In this document: piece by piece, positions 49,630 to 58,160 of the stretch
Position numbering within the stretch: position 1 is the first letter of the stretch
Layout of the letters: every line of letters starts with the position of its first letter
Assembly (NCBI GenBank): GCA_000934665.2
Contig: KZ537996.1
Location: forward strand, 248,001-306,160
Direction: 5' to 3'
Source: Catajapyx aquilonaris
Lineage: Eukaryota
DNA: 58,160 nucleotides
Program-made: the position numbers and the translations under genes
Notes under the pieces: model-generated
The model's input: only the letters and a program-made list of their open reading frames with translations
What the model was told of the DNA's origin: nothing
The model's database searches: none

Positions 49630-52600
49630 TCAACTCACTGCCGACGTCCATGCATAAGTCTTACCTATCTGCCTCCGACTGTTAATATTAAATAAGCAAG
49701 CGCCCACCATGTAGAGGTCTCAGTTATTTAGGTCGCCAATGACGTAAATAGGATGTGGTTAATAAAACAAAAGAATGCAAGTCGACTAATTACTCTGGGG
49801 TGACATGATGAATTAAGATGTGTAGGCCACTTTTTGTGGTGAGTCAGCAATTTAAATACGGTATCACACTTTGAATCAATTTACACGCAACATGACTGAT
49901 GCCCCACATCATCTCAACAGAAAAAAAATGGGCTGGCTTGTAAATGCAAACCGCCATCAGGGAATATTATTGCCAGTCATCAACACCCAGATTAACTGCC
50001 CACACCTAGGCAATCAAGCCGGTTTTACGATACCCAACTACCTATAAGGCAAGCAGTGTGCAGCATTGGTTAGTGTGGGCCCTAATCTCCAATCGGCACC
50101 TAGGGGCTTTGGGTTGCAGAAAACGACCTTTCAAGAGTGTGTGACCATATTATTTATGACAACGACCACTCTAAACGCAATAATAATCATTAGCGGCCTG
50201 GATGAGAGTGACGCCGTACGTGTCATCTATGATTAGTGTGCCATTAGAAGAGCAACAAGAGCCAGACCCAGCCTCCGGGACCCACGTGCCTTACGCGTGT
50301 AGTAGGAGCAAGATAATTCAGTCGTAAACGTTTGGTGTGTCGTAAACCCAGTGACGGCTGTCTAGTCGTTATCAACTCCCCACCGTATACAACCTTAATT
50401 TACTTGAAGAGAATTCATGATTCGTTTCGATTTTATTGCGGACTAACGGAACGAATGTGGGAGCCGAACTCACTGGCTACTCAAGATTGAACCGCACTTG
50501 TTACATGGCAGCTTATTACGGTTTTATAAGGCGGCTGGACTTGGGGACAGACGCAGAGAGCAAGCACCAGAAAATGATGGCAGTGTCAAGTGGTAAAATG
50601 GCATTAGGGAAGGAGGACCGCTCTTTTTTTTATGTCGCTTCTCTCACTCCAAGGGTGTAAAAAGAGTAATGCCGGGAGGCTCAAAAGGTTTTATGCAGAG
50701 TCGTACGAAAGCGATTCGGTTGCGGGACAATGTGCGCGGTAGTTGAATTTTTGCCCATAAAAGCGTCTCTTAACAAAATAAAGCATCCTTGCGTATCGGC
50801 GGTTTCCTTTTCTCGTATCCAATTAGGAACCTTTAAAATGTCTAGAAGAAAAAGAAAGCTATATTATTTTTTCCCCCTTCTTCCCATGCCTTTTTTTTCT
50901 TCAGATCCTTATCGCTTTTTACAGCTCACACCAGTGTCTAGACTGGACATGCCAGATTTATGGTTCGCACCTATGATGCGTATCTGCTGATAATTATTCC
51001 TTCCAGTTTTATTAGGTCCTATTTATCGCCCATCTACATCCATTATAGTCATTTGCAAAGAGTCGATAACAATGATTGATGGCAGTATCGGTACCTTTTG
51101 TGTGTGCCTGTAGTTTTCCTAAACAAAGTGGTCATCAGACCCCCTTCCCCTGGTACGTATCGAAGCAAATCAATGCGCGTGGGGCTCAAGTTGGTGAGTG
51201 CAGGTCCCGTGCACAGGGATTACCCTCCCATTTGGAGCATGTTGTCGAAATAGGAAAGATGATTTGAGGCGCATTATGCCTGGCTAGGGTGCAATAAACG
51301 CCCGACTTGGTGCCTCGTCTCGAATGGAATTTCTTGCCCCGATAAGCCTCCAATCCAAAAAAGAGGCGTTCTTGGGAACCGTCCATTTTGGGGCCAAACT
51401 CTGCAGGGACAAGGCGCCCCTACTCTTTCTCTAGACTTTTTTCTCACTCTTCTTTTTACCAGCTTTACCCTCCCTCCTGGTGGTTGGCTCCCCTTTTCCA
51501 CCGGCTTGACAGCCCCCACTTCTTTATGAGCATCCAGGGGTGGGGCCATTCAAGGGACGCAGGTGGGGGAATCCGATACCCTCTTCCCTCTACCCTCAGA
51601 GCTATTGGTAAAGCCCAAACTCCATTTTCCCTGCTCTGTACAGTTTTTTGTTTCAGAATATGCCATCATCATACATATAGCGCGCCATGTTTAGTCCAAG
51701 ATTGGAAACACAGCCATCTTGGACCAAACATGATGGGAGTGTTTCCAATCTGAGTTTAATTAAAATGGAACTCAATTCGTGTTGACTGGAAATCTGTAAC
51801 GCTGACTGTGCCAATTGGTTTTGTGGTCGAATATAATACAACGGCCGGTGCAGTGACACAAATGCCTTCAATCCGACTCTATTAATTCAATTTCATGAAA
51901 CTGATATCAACCGCGTGTCCATAGACCGGCAAGCATTGCGGTCGATTTATATCACCACTGGGTAGTATCGCAATGCATTTCACGCAGCGAATATCTATTT
52001 TCACTTGCGCTCCCAAAGGACCACCAGTGCATGGAGGTGTGGGGGAGATACGTGACACACGCTACATGGGGTTTAAAAAATGAGTGTCCGCACTTCCCGC
52101 TAGACAAACGTATATCACTGTGAAGCCGGATGGCGAAATCATATTTTAGGATATCATGTAGCTGAGGAGGATTTACGTGTTGGACTTGGCCATATTTTAC
52201 GCGCAGGTTACACCCAGTTGATTTAGTGAGCAAATACCCGCTTTGGAGGTGAATGAACACCAAACTGGTGCAGGATTCACATACCACATTGGCCATGCGT
52301 TTTGCATGACCAATGGGGGGGCGGCTTCTCTCACGCATCAAACGCTGGTTTGGTCGAGGCGGACAAACCGGCCCTCAGCAGCACCGTATCCAGAGTTACG
52401 ACCGACAGCTAGCCCTTGACCTCTGCCAGGACATCTTAATACGGCGTGCAATGCAACGCTATAAATCGCTTGAAGCAAGCTCGAGTTACTCAGATTCTTT
52501 GGGTCCCTCCTACACTTGGTATGCCAGGGGGTGTCGAGGGCACCAAACTCTCCATCATCTGTTGACCTCGGGATTTTTTAAAAAGAGGGCTATATGTTCC

Positions 52601-55600
52601 AATCCGACAAAAAAATTGGGACCTATTGTTGGCAGCAAAACTAGTCACTGTCACACTGTGGCGTTCACATGGGTGGTTAAAATTACATAAGAGGAAATCA
52701 TTTCTAGAGGGCGCTTACAGTGTAGTCCAAATGTTTCAAGGACTCATTCTTGCTGGGTATACAGTGACGAATGCGTCCTCCGCCCTTTTATTTTTGTTCC
52801 TTCCTGCCGGCATTGCACGCATGTTACGCAAGAGACTGTTTCGTAATCTCCACCGTTAAAAGCCGTCATGACATCCGGGTCACAACACTATTGACGCTTT
52901 TTATCGCTATTTTAATGCCGTCTTATTTGTAGACTATGACTATCTGTAGCAAGGGCGCCGACTTCATAATATTCCAAGCGTTGCACTCGTCTTGGCACTA
53001 ATTGGACTGGTAGCAATAAGTTTAACACAAAATATATGCTGCTGTACCTACAGTACTGGACTCATGTACTGTACAGTTGTGAGTTGAAAGATAGGGACGG
53101 ACTAAGGTCAGCCGGGTTATACAGTGTATCTGGTCCGTTCCCATCTTTTTTCTGTGAACTATATAAACATAGTAACGTGCCTTCCTGTTCGTCCAAATAA
53201 TTGCTTGTCATTGTGTCCTACATCGTTCACAAATGTTGGCAATCTCATCCTACCTTCAGTGCTAAGTTATTATGCCTAATAATAAAAAGAAACAAGTGCG
53301 CGATATAGTGAGAAAACAATGTTTCACCTATACTCCATGCTACAATAATATCACACCTGCCATATTACCAACTCAAATTATGCTTATCTTTGTTATAGTG
53401 CAAATAATTGGTTGCTGTGTAACTTATAACTATGTTTGGAATATGCTGCATATTTTTGAGGGAAAATTAACTACAGCATCTTGCATTTCAAGAAAATTGT
53501 TCAATAAGGCCTAACACAAATTCATTCAGTGTAATAGTGACAGATTTGATATAAAACTGTGCAACAAAATAACGGAGTTGTGACCGTAATGCAAACATTA
53601 AACATAAATGGATGTACTTTCGCTGCACAACATTTTATACCTATATAGTCCTCAAATTTATGGCTACTTTTTGCATAGGACAGCCCCCGGTCCCCCCAAA
53701 ACGCAATTCCAAATGCACGAAACAATAGTTTCCAAATCTAAAATGCAACAGCGGCCCAATCGTGATCGCCCCCGGAATCGGCCCTCATAAATAACTACTA
53801 TTAAATGAAAAAAACAACATCGGTGGCACACACCGAGGCTTTCATTTTCTACCCGAGCCTATATGCGGCGAGCTCGATTTCATATTTCACTTTTTATGCA
53901 GATTGGCCACGGGTATTATTTCGCGCTGACGTTGAACGCACGGGTTGGGCATTATTGGTATTTTTTTTTTTCAACCCTCCCTTGTATGCACCGAAAGGGG
54001 GTTGCCATACTAGCATCCGAAGTAAGGCGCGTAATCACGTTTTTTGGGTGGTAGTGCCGATGCTTTTTTTTTTTTCCTCCCTCGCCCCAATATCAGCTAT
54101 GTAACATGGCGAAGGTGGAGCAAACCCTACCAGGTTACTGATGGATGAAATAGCCTTGTGGGGTCCAACTCGTGAGAGGAATTTTAAGGNGGTCCCCAAG
54201 TCGTTTGGCATTCGCAGCGAGTGCCAGCCAGAGAGAGAAGGCGCCCGCCAGATGCAGGCATCAAATTGCAAAGTAGGGCTCAACAATTATGAAGAGGAGA
54301 TAGAGCTTCCTCCTCCCTAAACTTGGAGCATGATGGGGAGACTAGGTGGGTGGGGTGGGACTCTGGAGAGAAGTCAGCCAGCCGGAAAATGCCTTGCGAG
54401 TCGAAGAAAAACTCCCTTCTTATTAACTTAAGCAGGCGCGATTACGGTTATGAGGCTGGTCCGACTATAGTTTATTAAGAGAGCCTGGATTTAGTCCCTA
54501 GGGTGGCTATACCAAGATCTGGTAGTGACGCCACATAAAGCTAGGCCTAGGTCTCACGTGCAATGTGCCGCCATATTTGGGACACCTGCACGCGGTGTTG
54601 AATATACAGGAGAAATCCACCATGCCCAATTTTAGCAATTTCGAATTATTTACACCATTAAATAGCATTTATTCCGATCTATCTGCCGGTACAGTCAATT
54701 TAGTCCTAAAGATTCATAATGAGCCAGCAATTCAGTGTAAGTCAAATCTTTGCTCTGGTCAATCTCAAAACTGGTTTTTTGGACAGTGGATTTCTCGTGT
54801 ATGCCCGAAATATACCCAAAAACGCGCACTTGATCCGTCACAATCTCGACTCTGGCCATGCGACCAATTAGCGGTAATAAAATGGGCCAAACAACCTACT
54901 TAATAAACACGATGGAGGCAGCTAACGGCCAAAAGCCGAATCCATATACCTTGCCACCACTTTTGCGTAATAAAAAGACTCCGTTTATGGAGCTAATGCC
55001 CACCATTTTGTTCATTCATTCACCAGAAAATGGGAAGCATTAAGCAGGGCTCATTCACCAAGGGAAGATCATAAAACCGGTATTCTTCTAATAGGTGGCC
55101 TACCATTATGTTTATGAACCAGTAATGGCTGATGTGCGCATTAAGAAAACGCTTTTGTTGTTACAACCGGATGCTTCCGTCTTGTTATAGAAGGAAAATT
55201 AATTCCTAACTGCCTGGGAGACGTTTACGATGATATTTAGGATCAATCAAGCCCAAGTAAAATGACACTGATATTTTTTTTACAGGCGGTTTGGACGCAC
55301 CCAGTGCACACGCACGGGGCTTGCGATTTTGATCAGGGCAAGTCCGGTAGCAAATTCTGATTAAGGAGAAACCTCGCCGTAAAGACCATTAAGACTCGGG
55401 GGACTCATTCATCTGCAAGGAATTCCGTCAGTCCTTGATATGATTTCAAATGATCTGATTAAAGTGGAAGGAAGGGAAGGGGAAAATTGTGCATTCATCG
55501 CAATGCCACTTTCCACAGCTTCCTCAAATTTCACGCCGAACTTCTCGTCCGAGGGTTTATATCCTTAGATTTTAATCATATTTTGACAAAAAGGTGGTTA

Positions 55601-55817
55601 CGACTCAGGCCATACAATCACTTCTTTTCCTGAGGCGAACTTTAGAAGATCAATGTAAAATAGCCAAAAGAAGGGATTGCTTGGGCCGTATACATTCCAA
55701 AAATATCACATGATGATATATGATACATTGGTCATTTATTTCGACTGAGTTATTTTTTACCCATTATTATTTGTAAAAATGTAATTTCGATAATTTGAGT
55801 TAATATATAATTCGATG

Positions 55818-56166
55818 TTCAATTGAAATGAAATTTGTAGTTAGCGATTTTGGCACAAATTTCTTATTTAAGTAGTTACAATTAGTGTAAATGAAAATAT
55901 TTGCTGAATAGGCCGAACTGAATCCATCTATATACAAGCTCTGAACTGAAGTGAATATTTGTTTATTATTGGAGTGACTCACTGGAACAATTGGCAGAGA
56001 ATATCAAGAATAAAACGCATTTTCTGCAAGCCAAACCCCCTTGCAATGCGTTAAAACTGATAAACATGAGTAACCTAATATAACAGAATACACTTCTAAG
56101 TGTGTGCTAAAAATTTAAGTAGCTAACTGCCAAAAATCGCTAACTACTAACATTATATCAATTGAA
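55818..56166. mobile_element. old MITE with degenerate TIRs
   Basis: ttcaattga...gtagttagcgattttggca versus tgccaaaaatcgctaactac...tcaattgaa. Confidence 0.65.
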
Positions 56167-57169
56167 ACCATACAGTAATGACAAGTTCAATATACTCAAA
56201 TTGGTGCCTATCCCTCACCTTCTCGAAAATCACTCAAACTGATTAAAAAATTTCGATCACACTTGAAGTCAAACTATTGGTTCAAATTTTCAGAGTAACA
56301 TATGGTCGATTTCTAGGTTTTACATCACAGAAAAAAAAACAGCTGCGTTTTAAACTCCTTGTGTGGCCATGCTCCAAGAGTGTAAGAAACGAGGCCTTTG
56401 GCTCACAGCCCCATTGCCCAGGCACAGGTCCCAATTATTTATATCATTATTAAGATGCATGGAATATATTTCGACAACGTAACAAGGGGAAAAAGTCTTT
56501 TCTCCCTATCCCTTTTCGTGTTGCCACCAAGGAAGTCAGTCCGATTAAATATACCGACCAATAAATCAGGCCTTAGCCACGCATTAATCAGACCAGTTTG
56601 CCTGTCTTTTTAATCTCGGTCACGAAGCACGCACAAATCGCCAGTAACATATAGGAGCCGCACTTGTCGCCTTTACTGTCGTATCCACCTCGCTCTTTAT
56701 CACCTACTTGCGTATAAGCCTCTCCCGTGCTTTATGAGGTCAAATAGATTCCCCTCACAGATTGAGCGTAGAGTTTCCTTTGGCTGCAATACTTGGGAAG
56801 ATTCGGATCGAAGACTACCCGCCATGTTTTGAGGTCTGTGCATGCGTGTAAGATCGCGTGATTCGATCGTAGATATGTGCTTTCTCACGCGTCTGGGCTC
56901 TTTTTTTAAAAAAGGAAAGGACATAGAGGCTACTTCCAATAAGCGCATGTAACGACCTGAAATGCAGCGTAACAACAATGAAGTGATTTTGAGATATTAG
57001 GGTGTGATCATTGTATTATTGTTTCTAACGAAATTTTTTGTATAGAGACGGATGGAGAAAAGGAGACTGGTCTGGTGATAAATGAAAGTAGCTTTTTAGT
57101 CATTAGAAAAATTCTGGAATATTCATTTCAAAATACGTATACCGGTATGTTATGAAATGGACAGGAATA

Positions 57170-57499
57170 CAAGGTGTTTCAACTTTTTTGTCCGAGCAGT
57201 TATCGGAAAATTGCACGTAGCTGCTACTTTGTAAGCAGTGACTTGCAAACGGTGATTTTTCGGAGGAACGGGGAATAGTCCCTGCGAATCGTAGGTTGAA
57301 GTGGCATACGTGCTGCCCGCTGAAAATTGAGGGTCAAGCCTGGAAAAAAGAGGGTCACACATGCCATGGGATGTGTGACCCTCTTTTTCCCCATTCCCCA
57401 TTCCTCCGATAAATCATCGGTTGGAAGTCACTGCTTACAAAGTAGCAGCTACGTGCAATATTCCGATAACTGTTCGGACAAAAAAGTTGAAACACCCTG
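57170..57499. mobile_element. MITE family A, full copy in the abd-A intron
   Basis: TA at 57168-57169 and 57500-57501, TIRs of about 100 bp, internal hairpin aaaaaagagggtcacacat...atgtgtgaccctctttt. Confidence 0.92.
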
Positions 57500-58160
57500 T
57501 ATAACGAATATAACGTTATCCCCATTTACTTCAATCCAGCAATGTTTACACCCTTTTTACATCCAACTTTCAGAAAACTAACTTGACCGTACAACGTACA
57601 CTTACTAGCTGAATTTTAACCAAAATGTGATTATGTTCGTCTGCATGTCTGGTCTTCACAGAGCCTACACATTACTCATGAACAAAAACTCAACCGGTGA
57701 GAATTCTCACCGTGCAACATCAGGCCCCAATTTTATTTAATCAAGAGTACGGATCTAATCCAACACTAGTAGATCAATGCTATAGAGCCTACTTGTACTT
57801 TTATAGCTGGGAGTGTCGGGATGGGGCTAAAAAAAGCCAATCTGACTCTTAGGGAGAGGGAGGGGAAAAAAAGGGAGGAAAGGCGAAACCCACGTTCACA
57901 TAATGCGACTGCTTGCAATTTATTAACAATTAAGTGGGCGAACAAGACGGCCAAATTACGAGAGGCTCTGCAAACTTTGCTAAAGGAGAACTCCCATAAA
58001 GGCCTAATTTATGTCGGAAAATTAAAGCCTGGGATCTGCAGGCAAGAAGCTATGTGGGGAGGCTACACTCTCATTCCGTTTCCACTTACTTTTCCACTTA
58101 TATGACTAAATAAGTGGAAATCGGATACTTTTATGTGGAAACGCCAAATGTAAGTGGAAC

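Noticed and set aside
51525..51549. Minus-strand HPWM peptide resembling the YPWM hexapeptide
   Set aside because: H rather than Y, context PHPWMLIKKW unlike Abd-A, and no suitable donor or long upstream frame seen.
49700..58160. Search for the TDWM microexon and for the miR-iab-4/8 hairpin
   Set aside because: No DWM-coding segment with splice sites was seen. acgtatac at ~57135 lacks the rest of the microRNA, whose locus is expected upstream of abd-A.

Overview
This is eukaryotic DNA, most likely from an arthropod Hox cluster, not a prokaryotic region. The only convincing protein-coding feature is the last exon of abdominal-A on the minus strand (49198-49601). It carries the linker GPNGCP, the homeodomain [60 protein letters not shown] and the UbdA peptide [13 protein letters not shown]. 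Positions 49602-58160 appear to be abd-A intron; no YPWM exon was found by eye. A probable ~6.3 kb 3'UTR runs to a distal AATAAA at 42921-42926. The remaining ~43 kb is non-coding and, by canonical Hox order, would be the abd-A to Ubx interval (Ubx is not in the window). It alternates GC-richer motif-dense blocks with AT-rich spacers holding many MITEs/foldbacks, one internally deleted mariner-like element and six tRNA-headed SINE copies. The main leads are: (i) SINEs with different bodies share a 3' cassette whose stem-loop is conserved by compensatory changes; (ii) an interleaved A-B-A'-B' inverted repeat in the abd-A intron; (iii) a compact CTCF/YY1(Pho)/CRE/GC-box element near 24.4 kb; (iv) tandem poly(A) sites with miR-iab-8 seed matches in the distal UTR. 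All alignments were done by eye and no database search was run.
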